Below, in pieces: positions 24,525 through 34,052 of a stretch of 47,139 nucleotides of DNA. Made by a program: the position numbers and the translations under genes. Numbering within the stretch: the stretch's first letter is position 1; each line of letters opens with the position of its first letter. The notes under the pieces are model-generated. The model was not told the origin of the DNA. It ran no database searches and worked only from the letters and a program-made list of their open reading frames with translations. This DNA is from a virus (taxonomy: Duplodnaviria; Caudoviricetes), in IMG/VR virus record IMGVR_UViG_3300022407_003814, positions 1 to 47,139 of that record; one strand, written 5' to 3'.

Positions 24525-27201
24525 AGTATTCGGTTCGAAGCTCAATAAAGAGCCGCACGAGACATATGAAGTCGGCGGCCTGACGGTCGAACAATGGCTG
24601 ATTGATAACGTCCCTAGCTACTCGCCAAGAGAGCTGCCGCCGGTTTCAGTGAACCTGAACGGCATCCTGATTGCGCCTGCGGACTGGGTTAACACCTGGT
24701 TCGAGCGAGATGACTGCTTAAAAATCACGCTTGAGCCGAAGGGTACAGAGCTGTTTTTCGGGGCGCTGTTCTTGGTTGCAATCAAGACCATGACGCCAAA
24801 AATACCCAAGGTTACTAGCCAAGGGGCTACCGGCGGAGAAGCGATTAACCAAGCCTCGATCAAAGGCAACAAAGTGAAACTTAACTCGCCTATCCGTGAA
24901 GTCGCGGGCAAGCGCAAAGTTTACCCCGATTATCTCACGCCGCCACGCCGGTGGTTCGCCAGTCCGCGCGAACAACGCGTGCAACTCCTGCTCTGCATCG
25001 GCAAAGGCGAGCACGACGTGCCGTTCAATAAAATACTGATCGGGGATACGCCGGCCATCTCCCTCGGCTCGGACGTGGTGGTACGCGTCTACGGCCCGGG
25101 AGAGGACCTATCTGGAGACCCTGCCGCACTGTGGTGGAACGATATTACGGAGGTCGGATCCAGTTCAAACGGCGCCGCTGGCCTTGAGCTGACAGTCAGC
25201 AATCCGATCACCCCTGGTTTTAACGCAGGGTCGTTGCAGTTCAACGGCTACACCATTGCGGTGCCTAGCGGGCAAGGGAGCTTCCCCGGTGACTGGTCGG
25301 CGGGCCTGATCACACGAATTATCGCCAACTACCAATACGATTTTATCGACGGCGGCGCGGGACCTGACATTATCCGGGGTTCTGCCCTGGCCATGCTCCC
25401 CCTTGTGCCCGGCGATCTAGTGGAAATCTCAGGAGTCAATGGGGGCAACTATGTGGTAAATACGTACACCCCAGCGAGCGGCGGTAACCCGCCAGAAATG
25501 ACTCTGCTTTTCGATAACGGAACACCAGTTACCGCGCTTAACCTCGGAACTTTTGCCACGACCATCGGGCCACGTGGGCTGCGTTTCCGGATTACCGTTT
25601 TCAGTACCTCGCAGATCACAGTACAGCGCCTGACGTCTTCTGGTGCGGTTGACTCTAGCTTCCCGGGGTTCGACTTTCTCCAAAGTTCCACCAGTAGCGT
25701 AGTGCTCGACCCGTCGAGCCAACAGGGCGGCTACCGGGGGCCGTTTGCAGCGTGCCCGGACGGCGAAGTTACCCAGGTCATTGAGATTGATGTGATGTGC
25801 CCGAGCGGCCTTTGCGGCCTGGGGCGCGAGGGCCAGGTCTACGCGGTATCCACATTTTACACCGTGGAGTACCGTGACCTTGCTACGGCTGGCGCCTGGA
25901 CTATTATCGACGCGTCCCACTCGGCCGCCACTTTGGATTCCGTGGGCTTCACGATCCGCATAAATTTACCTTACCCAATGCGGCCCGAGGTTCGGGTTAA
26001 GAAAAGGTTCATCCAGCAATCGGAACGGGAGACCGAAATTAATAATGACACTGTTTGGTACGGTGGCCGCTCCCTACTGGCAGGCCCTACGTCGTACGCC
26101 GGGGTAACCGTAATGACCGTTGACGCCCGGGGCGGTGACCGCCTTTCGGCGCAATCCGAGTCTCAGGTATCTGCTGAGGTTACCCGAAAGCTTCCCGTGC
26201 GCTTGGGCGGCGCCTGGCTGCCACCGACACCTACCCGTGACATCGCGCCGTTCGCAGCCTACCTGCTGAAGTCGGTAGGGTACACCGACGACGACATTGA
26301 CCTGGCGGAACTGGATCGGCTAGACGTGATCTGGAAAGCCCGCGGCGACAAGTACGACCAGGCTACGAATACGACGTCAACAGTTGCGACCGTGCTTTCC
26401 GATGCGCTCGTGGCCGGCTTTTCAGAGGTGTCTGCTGAGCGGGGGAGATTACGGCCGGTTCGGGATGAGCTGAAAACGCAAGTGAAAGCGATGTACAGCC
26501 CGCAGAACTTCACAGAGTCGCTTGAGCGCCAGTTTACTGCGGTGAAGCCTGGAGATTACGACGGCGTGGACGTGGAGTACATTGACGGTGTGTCCTGGCA
26601 GGTTGCTACCGTCAAGTGCCGCCTCCAGCTCCCCGACGGATCCTACGAACCCGGTGTTCGCGTTCAGAAAATAACGCTTGAGGGCGTTACCAGTCGCACT
26701 CGTGCTTGGCGGATCGGGATGCGCCAGCGTCGCGCGTTGAAATACCGGCGCTGGAGCTACTCGTGGTCGACTGAGCTGGACGCATTGAACAGCCGGTACC
26801 TCGATTACGTCCTGGTGGCGGACGACGTGCCAGGTTACGCCCAGTCTGCCGAGATGGTTGAATATGACCCGATAGGCCAAATTGTGATGGCGAGCGAAGC
26901 CTTTGACTGGTCGGACGCGCCGCCCCATTTTCTGCACGTTCGGCGTGCCGACGGTTCGGCGTCCGGGCCATATGAAGTGACCCAGGTCGGCGACTTCGGG
27001 TTACAGCTTCGCGATCCGCTGGACTTCGATCCTGTGACTGATTTAACTATCGAACCGCCCCACCTCCTGTTCGGCGTAGGGTACGATGTCCTCATAACCG
27101 ACATCTCCCCAAACGGGTCAGATGCCGCCTCAGTGGAAGCCATGGCATACGACTCTCGGGTTTACGCCGATGACGATAACCAACCTCCTGCGGACGCTTA
27201 A
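24514..27201 (+). CDS. Tail tip / host specificity protein (gpJ-like)
   Basis: 895 aa; PIREVAG..KVYPDY, YDGVDVEY, RAWRIGMR, YDSRVYADD. Confidence 0.9.
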   Translation: MTVKVFGSKLNKEPHETYEVGGLTVEQWLIDNVPSYSPRELPPVSVNLNGILIAPADWVNTWFERDDCLKITLEPKGTELFFGALFLVAIKTMTPKIPKVTSQGATGGEAINQASIKGNKVKLNSPIREVAGKRKVYPDYLTPPRRWFASPREQRVQLLLCIGKGEHDVPFNKILIGDTPAISLGSDVVVRVYGPGEDLSGDPAALWWNDITEVGSSSNGAAGLELTVSNPITPGFNAGSLQFNGYTIAVPSGQGSFPGDWSAGLITRIIANYQYDFIDGGAGPDIIRGSALAMLPLVPGDLVEISGVNGGNYVVNTYTPASGGNPPEMTLLFDNGTPVTALNLGTFATTIGPRGLRFRITVFSTSQITVQRLTSSGAVDSSFPGFDFLQSSTSSVVLDPSSQQGGYRGPFAACPDGEVTQVIEIDVMCPSGLCGLGREGQVYAVSTFYTVEYRDLATAGAWTIIDASHSAATLDSVGFTIRINLPYPMRPEVRVKKRFIQQSERETEINNDTVWYGGRSLLAGPTSYAGVTVMTVDARGGDRLSAQSESQVSAEVTRKLPVRLGGAWLPPTPTRDIAPFAAYLLKSVGYTDDDIDLAELDRLDVIWKARGDKYDQATNTTSTVATVLSDALVAGFSEVSAERGRLRPVRDELKTQVKAMYSPQNFTESLERQFTAVKPGDYDGVDVEYIDGVSWQVATVKCRLQLPDGSYEPGVRVQKITLEGVTSRTRAWRIGMRQRRALKYRRWSYSWSTELDALNSRYLDYVLVADDVPGYAQSAEMVEYDPIGQIVMASEAFDWSDAPPHFLHVRRADGSASGPYEVTQVGDFGLQLRDPLDFDPVTDLTIEPPHLLFGVGYDVLITDISPNGSDAASVEAMAYDSRVYADDDNQPPADA

Positions 27202-27204
27202 CAA

Positions 27205-27738
27205 ATGCCAATTTACTACCCGCCGGGGTTACCTCGGGGCCTGCATTCCGGCAGGTCTTACCAGTTAGTTTCACCCCTAATCCGTTCGGAACTTTCGAAC
27301 GGTCGTGCTCGCCAGCGTCGGAAATTCACTAGCGTTCCCGAGGGCGCACAGATTAAATGGCTTTTCGACGATGTCCAGGGACAAGCGTTTGAGGCCTGGT
27401 GGCGCGATCAATTGGTCGACGGCTCGCAATGGTTTGAATGCCCGCTCGACCACCCTACAGGGTACGCGGACTATACTTGCCGCTTTACTGGGGTTTACTC
27501 AGGGCCAAATCGGGTAGGGCCGGAACTGTGGTCGTACAGTGCTGAGCTTGAACTTCGGGAACGAGCAGCGCCGCTACCGGGCTGGGGGGAGTTCCCTGAA
27601 TTTATTCTTGAATCGGGTATAATCGATCGAGCAATTAACTTCTACTGGCCCTTGAGCCCGTATGACTCGATGGCGGACGCTCTCGTTTTTGACATCGCTA
27701 TCAACTACCAATGGCCCCCGGAGGTCGTAACCCCATGA
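27205..27738 (+). CDS. Distal tail protein (gpM-like)
   Basis: GRARQRRKFTSVP, FEAWWRDQLVDGSQWF. Confidence 0.8.
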   Translation: MPIYYPPGLPRGLHSGRSYQLVSPLIRSELSNGRARQRRKFTSVPEGAQIKWLFDDVQGQAFEAWWRDQLVDGSQWFECPLDHPTGYADYTCRFTGVYSGPNRVGPELWSYSAELELRERAAPLPGWGEFPEFILESGIIDRAINFYWPLSPYDSMADALVFDIAINYQWPPEVVTP

Positions 27739-30563
27739 CAATGTTCAATACTGGAAACCCTATTGGGTCGACCGCCCCAAAAGACCTTAGCGACAACGCC
27801 CAGGTGTTCGATAAGCTGGTAAACGGAACTGATCCGCGCGTAACCGACCGTACAGGTCACGAGCGTTTGAGCTGGGAGGGTATTGAATACGAGTTCGAGA
27901 ACGCCCAGGACGGACGCGCAGCCGAGTTCACCGCGGATCAAACCGCGCGCGACGTAGCGTTCCAGAATTTTCTGACGTCTTCGGGCTACTACAGCATCGG
28001 CGACTACGGCCCGGGCTTGGTCCTGAGCGCACGCAACCAGTATTTTATCCGTGACGGCTACGCCTACCGTGCAGCACCCGCTACTACGTTGCCCTACACC
28101 ACCACAGGAAACTGGGCGCTGGAACAGTCGAATTTTGTGCTGTTCAGCCAGGACGACATCCTGCGCCAAGACCTCGCTGACCCTACCGAAGCGGGCCGAC
28201 TTGTTGCCGCTCAGCAGGACGGAGCAGGCGCGGTTCTGCGCGATGTCGACGCCAAGTTGAAAGAAGTCGTCAGCCTCGCGGACTTCAGCACCCTGCGCCA
28301 AGCATTGGCTACTGGCGCCATGGTCCGAGTTCCCGCTTCGGTCACTTCGATTGCAGTATCCGCTGCCGATTCCCCGTTTGTGCTGCCGTTCTTGTACCGC
28401 ATCAGCGCGGAAGGCGACCTGACCCTGAACCTCGGCGCCGGCGTGCACGCGACCACGACGGGCGACGTTGCTCGGGTAGGAGTGCGCAACTCCACGATTA
28501 AAGTCGTCGGGGTTACCCCGGTCGAGACGAAAGCTACCGCCGTAACGTCTATCACCGGGTCCGCCGGAAACTGGTCGGTAACCTACTCCTTGACCTCGGC
28601 TGCAAGTTTCCAAGTAGGCGACTTCGCCAAGCTTTTTGATGTAGGCCCGCTGCCTATCCTCAACGGCGATAACGCCGACCCTTTGATCTTGCGCGAATAT
28701 CCCGTCCTCGGTGAACTGTCAAACCCACCGAGCTATAACTTGGGCGCGATCAGCACCACAGCTGGGGGGAACGTCGCGACTTTCGCCAGTCTGCGTGCCG
28801 GCAAGGCTGTTTCCAACTACATGAAGGCCGGGGACTTGCTGACTGCCTACGGCCAAACCTCGGAAGTATTGTCCAGCGCCGGCCTAACCGCCACGGTATC
28901 GGGCACATTCAACAAAACCGTCACCGGGCTGCCCTCGTATTACGTGACCCGGGCGAACGCGGGTACGATTGGCACAGGCGGTGCGCTATCCAACACCATC
29001 GCTGGCGTGAGTTCTACTTTCCTGTCGCAGGCTAACCCAGGCGACGTTCTCTTAGTCAATGGTACCCTGACTAAGATCCTGACCGTCCCTTCCGACACCA
29101 GCATGACTGTTGACTGCCCGGTTACCGTTACCGCCGGTACTAAGTACTCGATCCTCCAGTCGGCGGCCGTCCTGCACGAAGGCGTGCATGAGGTAACTGC
29201 GGTATCGGGCAACTCGGTTACCCTGCTCAACCGTGGCCTGGTCAAGCCGCCGCTTAACGGTGTCACTGTTGACGAGTTCAAGAGCATCAAGACGGTGCTT
29301 AAGCAAAACGGTACTGGCGACGGTTTCGTATTCGACCAGAATGGTTCTCTGCGGGAAGTCAATAACCTGGTTATCGCAGGTCCGGGCACCGGCGGGGGTA
29401 TTGGTTTCCTCTTGCAAAGCCGGATCCCGAGTGAAACATCGGGCGGGGGCACTTCTTTCGGTGATGTAACGCAGCACGGTTTGCGTGGCACAGTGCTTTT
29501 CGGGGAAAACGTCGGCGCTACCCGTTTCCTGCGAGGAGCAATGGTTGGTCACGGCTGCCTGCTGAACGCTCGTAAGTTCGCGGCCACTAGCAACACTGAG
29601 CATAGTGTATGGGTACTGGAGAGCGGTTTTGCGGATCTACGTCGCGCCCATCTGCAGGGTGGCGGTATTGGCCTGGTGCTGAACGCCGGATCGTCGGCCG
29701 TCGTCACCGAAGCGCGGTTTTGCGGTAACGGCAATGACGGCATGCGCACCGATGCAAACGCTACTCCGTACGGCGAGGCTCCGATGTCCGTGGCTAACGT
29801 GGGTATGAACTTCCGTTTCCAAGACTCGACTAAATGCCACATCACCGACGGGGTTAGCTTGCTCTCCACCCTGTCCGGCTTCTACGCTGACTTTGGCAGC
29901 GCTCGCATCGACCGTTGCGTCGTAGGGGCCAACGCCCGTGAAGGCGTCGAAGCTACGGAAGGTGTCGAGCTGCACGGTTCGGTGAACTGGATCACCGGAA
30001 CCAGCGGTACTACCGGTTCGGGGTACGGCTTGAAAATGGGCTCCGGCTCTTTCTTCTTCGGTGACCGTTCCGCGTTCGTGGGTAACAAAACCGCTGACGT
30101 GGCGATCCCGACCAATGCTGCGAACACCAATGTCATTCTGTCGAGTTGCGTCTACACCACTTTGATCGGTGTCACGCGCGTGAATAACCCTACCGCGAAC
30201 GGTTCCGCAGTGTGGGACACCGTCGGTGTCGACCAGGGGAGTTCAGTTCCCACCGTTTCGGCTGCCGGGGGTAGCGGAGGTACTTCAAGTCTCGTAAGCC
30301 TCAATTGGACACGCGACAAAAATCGCTATTCTTTTGACGCCCAGGCCACCATTAACACGCTCGGCACCTGGTCCGGGTACCTGACCCTATCGCTACCGTT
30401 CACGGTTTCAGCGATCACCGCCCTTATGGGTACCAACCTCACTACCGGCGCAGCGATTACAGGTTACGTTACCGGCACAGAAGCTCGCCTCTACTCTGCA
30501 ACAGGGACGTTCCCTCTGGCCGCGGGTAACGCTATTACGTTCTCTTGCGTGGCTAGAGGTTGA
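27735..30563 (+). CDS. Tailspike / receptor-binding protein with a parallel beta-helix (possible depolymerase)
   Basis: N-terminal NTGNPIGSTAPKDLSDNA anchor; VDAKLKEVVSLADF neck; Gly/Asn-rich beta-helix repeats. Confidence 0.85.
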   Translation: MTMFNTGNPIGSTAPKDLSDNAQVFDKLVNGTDPRVTDRTGHERLSWEGIEYEFENAQDGRAAEFTADQTARDVAFQNFLTSSGYYSIGDYGPGLVLSARNQYFIRDGYAYRAAPATTLPYTTTGNWALEQSNFVLFSQDDILRQDLADPTEAGRLVAAQQDGAGAVLRDVDAKLKEVVSLADFSTLRQALATGAMVRVPASVTSIAVSAADSPFVLPFLYRISAEGDLTLNLGAGVHATTTGDVARVGVRNSTIKVVGVTPVETKATAVTSITGSAGNWSVTYSLTSAASFQVGDFAKLFDVGPLPILNGDNADPLILREYPVLGELSNPPSYNLGAISTTAGGNVATFASLRAGKAVSNYMKAGDLLTAYGQTSEVLSSAGLTATVSGTFNKTVTGLPSYYVTRANAGTIGTGGALSNTIAGVSSTFLSQANPGDVLLVNGTLTKILTVPSDTSMTVDCPVTVTAGTKYSILQSAAVLHEGVHEVTAVSGNSVTLLNRGLVKPPLNGVTVDEFKSIKTVLKQNGTGDGFVFDQNGSLREVNNLVIAGPGTGGGIGFLLQSRIPSETSGGGTSFGDVTQHGLRGTVLFGENVGATRFLRGAMVGHGCLLNARKFAATSNTEHSVWVLESGFADLRRAHLQGGGIGLVLNAGSSAVVTEARFCGNGNDGMRTDANATPYGEAPMSVANVGMNFRFQDSTKCHITDGVSLLSTLSGFYADFGSARIDRCVVGANAREGVEATEGVELHGSVNWITGTSGTTGSGYGLKMGSGSFFFGDRSAFVGNKTADVAIPTNAANTNVILSSCVYTTLIGVTRVNNPTANGSAVWDTVGVDQGSSVPTVSAAGGSGGTSSLVSLNWTRDKNRYSFDAQATINTLGTWSGYLTLSLPFTVSAITALMGTNLTTGAAITGYVTGTEARLYSATGTFPLAAGNAITFSCVARG

Positions 30564-30614
30564 CAAAACGGGTACACTGACCGACATCCGTTATTGACCT
30601 CCAGGGGCGCCGTG

Positions 30615-31004
30615 ATGTTCGACCAGTGTACCCGAGATGCCACAGCCCTATTTTGCATGGTTGCCATGGCGGTCCATCCCTGGGCCGCTACTGGTGCCGC
30701 AGTGGGATGCTGTTTTCTCCTGTTCGCGCCGATGGCCACTGGTGGCTGGCAGCGGCTCAAACTGATCCCTTTCTCTTTCGGTACGGGTTACGCCGGCGCT
30801 GTGTTTTTCTATGGGCGCGTCGCTGGCCAGCCCTGGAACGAGAAGGCTATGCTTGTGGCGGTGGCACTTTCGGCTCTTTCCGCTGTCCTATTTACTGCCT
30901 TCTACTACGTGATCGACAAGAGTGGCCCCTTGCCAGCTTGGCTCGAATCTATTCTTGATCGCATCCCACTTTTTAAGCGGCGGAGCGACAGCGATGGAGT
31001 TTGA
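30615..31004 (+). CDS. Putative holin
   Basis: Several TM segments, charged C-terminus, first gene of the lysis cassette. Confidence 0.7.
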   Translation: MFDQCTRDATALFCMVAMAVHPWAATGAAVGCCFLLFAPMATGGWQRLKLIPFSFGTGYAGAVFFYGRVAGQPWNEKAMLVAVALSALSAVLFTAFYYVIDKSGPLPAWLESILDRIPLFKRRSDSDGV

Positions 31005-31290
31005 CAGCCTACTCACCGGCATCCGCATTTTCTTTCACCTGGGCATCGCTATTCTGCTGCTCTCCTACCACCCGCGCGGCGCTCGCTACCGATTCGGCGT
31101 TTCGTCGCTTGCGGCGATCTTGGCCATGAGCAACGCAGGCTTGGGGGTAGCCCTGTTAAGTGGTGCAATTGAACCGAAGACGATGGGCGGCCAGTGGCTC
31201 AACGCCGGGGGTTGGGGTGCAGTATTTGGCGTAGTGGTCATGTGCCGTGGTAATCTCGCTAAAATCGTCCCCAAAAGAGCCCACGCATGA
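30994..31290 (+). CDS. Putative 3-TM holin
   Basis: GGAG SD; YHPRGARYRFGVS.LA...RGNLAKI. Confidence 0.75.
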   Translation: MEFDSLLTGIRIFFHLGIAILLLSYHPRGARYRFGVSSLAAILAMSNAGLGVALLSGAIEPKTMGGQWLNAGGWGAVFGVVVMCRGNLAKIVPKRAHA

Positions 31291-31775
31291 ACCAGCTGCA
31301 ACTCGATATCGAAGCGGGTCTCGCGCTACTCCCGGTCACTATGCGCACCGCGCATGCCAAGGTGCTGCTCTACGCTACCTCGCGCCAAGAGAACCCCAAG
31401 CGATTGCCCAAGCAAGTCGGCGGCCCTGCCGTTGGCGACTACCAGTTCGAGTCAGGCGGAGGCGTAAAAGGCGTCCTCGAGCACCCATCGACCGCAGCAT
31501 TGGCGGCATCTGTGTGCAAGGCTCGCGGCATCGCGGCATCGCGGCTCACTGTTTACGAGGCCCTGCAGCACGACCCGGTGCTCGCCGCTGCGTTCGCTCG
31601 CCTGCTTTATTACACCGACCCTGGCCGCATGCCGGCCGTAGGCGACGAACCGGGGGCCTGGGACGTGTACCTGCGAACTTGGCGCCCAGGTGCGTTTAAG
31701 CGACAGCCGGAGGAACTGCGGGCCAAGTGGTCGAAGTCCTACAACGATGCGATGGTGGCCTATGGTCTGGCTTGA
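31287..31775 (+). CDS. Endolysin (lysozyme-like)
   Basis: Between holins and spanins; QE...GPAVGDYQFE.GGGV, YLRTWRPG. Confidence 0.78.
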   Translation: MNQLQLDIEAGLALLPVTMRTAHAKVLLYATSRQENPKRLPKQVGGPAVGDYQFESGGGVKGVLEHPSTAALAASVCKARGIAASRLTVYEALQHDPVLAAAFARLLYYTDPGRMPAVGDEPGAWDVYLRTWRPGAFKRQPEELRAKWSKSYNDAMVAYGLA

Positions 31776-32286
31776 GCTGGCGAAACGTTGGTGGCCGGCT
31801 GCTGCCCTGGCCGCGTTGCTCGGCTTGTCACACTGGTGGGCATATAGCCACGGTGTGACGGTCACCGATAGCGCATGGTCTGCCAGGTGGGAGAAGCGCA
31901 ACACCGACGACGCGATGGCCCAAACCGCAGCAGAATCAGCCGCCCGGGCCAAAGAACAAGCCGACCAACAGCAAGCGGAAAAGGTACAACGTGATGCAAC
32001 TCAAGCCCTTGAGCAAGAGCGCCTTGTGTCTGCTGGTGAGCGTGTTGCTACTGACCGGGTGCGCAGTGAACTCGCCAAGCTGCAAGCCCGCCTCAGTGGA
32101 ACCGCCTCGAGTGCCCCAGCTGGCACCGGCAGCGCGTCAGCAACCCGCGCCGCCATGGTGCTCTCCGACATGTACGGCAGCTGTCAAAGCCGACTCGGAG
32201 AAGTCAGCAGCGCGTTTGACCGAGCTAGAATAGCCGGCCTGGCGTGTGAAGCGAGTTACGACGGGTTGAGCGACGGTAACAATTGA
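31762..32286 (+). CDS. Rz: Inner-membrane spanin (Rz-like, DUF2514-type)
   Basis: N-terminal TM, coiled coil, ARIAGLACEASYD. Confidence 0.85.
   Translation: MVWLELAKRWWPAAALAALLGLSHWWAYSHGVTVTDSAWSARWEKRNTDDAMAQTAAESAARAKEQADQQQAEKVQRDATQALEQERLVSAGERVATDRVRSELAKLQARLSGTASSAPAGTGSASATRAAMVLSDMYGSCQSRLGEVSSAFDRARIAGLACEASYDGLSDGNN
31991..32233 (+). CDS. Rz1: Outer-membrane spanin lipoprotein nested in Rz (+1 frame)
   Basis: Lipobox LLTG|C; Pro-rich mature part; AAGG SD. Confidence 0.85.
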   Translation: MMQLKPLSKSALCLLVSVLLLTGCAVNSPSCKPASVEPPRVPQLAPAARQQPAPPWCSPTCTAAVKADSEKSAARLTELE

Positions 32287-32415
32287 AGGATGACGCCAAC
32301 CATGAATCCGATGACGAGCAGGCGGATGCTGGCCCGCTCAATCCTGGATCTACCGCGGGGAAAGCTAATACCCATAGCGCCAAAGCAGTGGCGAACCTCA
32401 GGAACGGCCCGAGCA

Positions 32416-32658
32416 TCACAGCACCTTCCCCGGCTCCGGCACTTGCGCCTTTGCCTTTTCGCCCATGAGCACCAGGAAGCGCTCCGGCGACACGCAGTTG
32501 TAGCGCGGCGTTTGGCCCGTGTCGACGTTGTGCTGGTTGGCGGTGAGCGCCACATGGTAGCAGGCGGCATCGGACGTCACTTCCATGTGCTTCGTGACGT
32601 CCAGGTAGGTGCAGATGTCGTCTGAGCACAGCCCTACGACGAGCAGTAGTGATAGCAT
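32416..32658 (-). CDS. Small Cys-containing protein with a hydrophobic N-terminus (DUF1482-like)
   Basis: AAGGA SD; MLSLLLVVGLC....C...S.AAC...CV. Confidence 0.65.
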   Translation of the reverse strand: MLSLLLVVGLCSDDICTYLDVTKHMEVTSDAACYHVALTANQHNVDTGQTPRYNCVSPERFLVLMGEKAKAQVPEPGKVL

Positions 32659-32875
32659 TGCGGTGATCCTTTTCGATGAGGGCCGTTACTGATGCTCCAG
32701 TGGTAACCTGAGCAGTAGCAAGCGGTCCGTTTATGTTCTTTGCCGCGCCGGTACCAGTCGACCCGGTATGGGCCGCCGCAGGCACAGCGTGGCTCGCGCT
32801 GGTAGTGGGTCGCCTGTCGTGCCAGGGTTCGCCGGGCGCCGCACTGGCGCAACAGCGACAGGGGTACCTAAGCAC
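32634..32875 (-). CDS. Zn-finger protein, apparently frameshifted near 32850
   Basis: GTG-LRYPCRC in one frame continues as RQCGARR...CAC...CYC..YH..H...C in another. Confidence 0.5.
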
Positions 32876-33077
32876 GACGCCACTCACCGGCCACGAAGTC
32901 CAATTTTCCAGCGTAGACTTCGTCTTGCTCAGCCTCAGACATTGGCCGTCCCGGGCATTGTGTCGGTAGAGAGCCTTCGCCGCCTTTGCAAACCGTGCAA
33001 AGCGCCAGCCCTCCGCTGCAAAACATACAACCGTCACAGCTCGGAGGACATATGTAATAGTCATGCCTACTGCTCAT
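32868..33077 (-). CDS. Cys-rich small protein
   Basis: CDGCMFCSGGLALCTVCKGGEGSLPTQCPG; ATGA coupling. Confidence 0.78.
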   Translation of the reverse strand: MSSRHDYYICPPSCDGCMFCSGGLALCTVCKGGEGSLPTQCPGRPMSEAEQDEVYAGKLDFVAGEWRRA

Positions 33078-33358
33078 CGCCCAGCCCTCAGATCCGCCAG
33101 CTTGCGGGTCAAGTCCATCGAGGCGCGCGTGGCGGCTGCGTGTTGCGGGGACAGCCGACGATAGGGTGACCGGAACGGTGCCGACATTACAGCCTGAATA
33201 TCGGCCTCACTGAAAGTCCCGTCACCCGGGGCTGCTTTGTACGTCTCGGCCATTTGTTCCCGTGTGACCTTTTTACGAGCCTTGCGCAACGCTTCCAATG
33301 CCCGTTTCGTGCGCAGCAGTTCGACCAGTGCTTCGTCGAGCGTTCTATCGGTGATCAT
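33074..33358 (-). CDS. Hypothetical protein (94 aa)
   Basis: GGAG SD; ATGA coupling. Confidence 0.72.
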   Translation of the reverse strand: MITDRTLDEALVELLRTKRALEALRKARKKVTREQMAETYKAAPGDGTFSEADIQAVMSAPFRSPYRRLSPQHAAATRASMDLTRKLADLRAGR

Positions 33359-33462
33359 TCCACAACTCCCTGCGGCCAGATGCCGCGTACGTGTTCAATT
33401 GCTTCGGCCCGCGACATCGGTGCGCCCACCATCGAGAACGGTAGGCGCCCTGGCAGCGTCAC
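33355..33462 (-). CDS. Small hypothetical protein (VTLPGRLPFSMVGAPMSRAEAIEHVRGIWP)
   Basis: Fills the gap with GTGA and ATGA overlaps on both sides. Confidence 0.45.
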   Translation of the reverse strand: MTLPGRLPFSMVGAPMSRAEAIEHVRGIWPQGVVE

Positions 33463-33677
33463 GAGCCAGTGTGCTTTGGCAGACGATCGGCTACGAAGTG
33501 GCGAACCATCTCACCGGTGATCGTTGTATCAAGACCGTCGTCGGATCCGTCGAGATTAATGTCGATCAAACCGAGTCCTTGAGCCATCCAGGCGCCGGCC
33601 TTCACACCAACCCGCTCGCACGCCTCTAACGACTCGGCCAGGGTCAACAACGCTTCAGCCTGTGCGCGAGTGATCAT
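33459..33677 (-). CDS. Small protein of the MIT-x-x-Q paralog family
   Basis: MITRAQAEALLTLAESLEAC; ATGA coupling. Confidence 0.72.
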   Translation of the reverse strand: MITRAQAEALLTLAESLEACERVGVKAGAWMAQGLGLIDINLDGSDDGLDTTITGEMVRHFVADRLPKHTGS

Positions 33678-33838
33678 GGCCGCATCATCCGTTTGATGGC
33701 AGCTGTGGTGGCGGCTACAGCGTCGTTTTGCGCAACGGTACAGACCATCGCCACGTGCTGCGGGCAGAGAACAATGCCGCTGATGGTGATCCAGGTTCCC
33801 GGCTGCCAGGCGCGGCTGTTGAGCGATGCTGTTTTCAT
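33674..33838 (-). CDS. Hypothetical protein (54 aa, MKTASLNSRAWQPG...)
   Basis: ACGGAG SD; stop overlaps the next ATG. Confidence 0.6.
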   Translation of the reverse strand: MKTASLNSRAWQPGTWITISGIVLCPQHVAMVCTVAQNDAVAATTAAIKRMMRP

Positions 33839-33867
33839 GGTTCGATGCTCCGTGTGTTGGTACTGGC

Positions 33868-33888
33868 AAAGCCCCAGTTAAGGGGCTT
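33868..33888 (-). terminator. Terminator/attenuator hairpin
   Basis: aagcccc-N-ggggctt with a short U tract on the minus strand. Confidence 0.6.
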
Positions 33889-33905
33889 GAGGTGGGCGGG
33901 GTTGA

Positions 33906-34052
33906 TTAGGCTTCGTTAAGTTCTTTAGCGTAGGCGCACGCCTCTTCAGCTGTTGCGAACTCTGCCACCAACATCATGCGATCACGAATAACAGACCATC
34001 CTTTAATTTCGCCAGCGCCGTTAGTGACTTTGTGAACTGTGTATTTGGTCAT
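33906..34052 (-). CDS. Small early protein (48 aa)
   Basis: GGAG SD; first gene after a promoter; followed by a terminator. Confidence 0.72.
   Translation of the reverse strand: MTKYTVHKVTNGAGEIKGWSVIRDRMMLVAEFATAEEACAYAKELNEA

Noticed and set aside
30559-30580. GTTGACA before the lysis cassette as another regulon box
   Set aside because: It lacks the second half-site and a -10 at the expected spacing.
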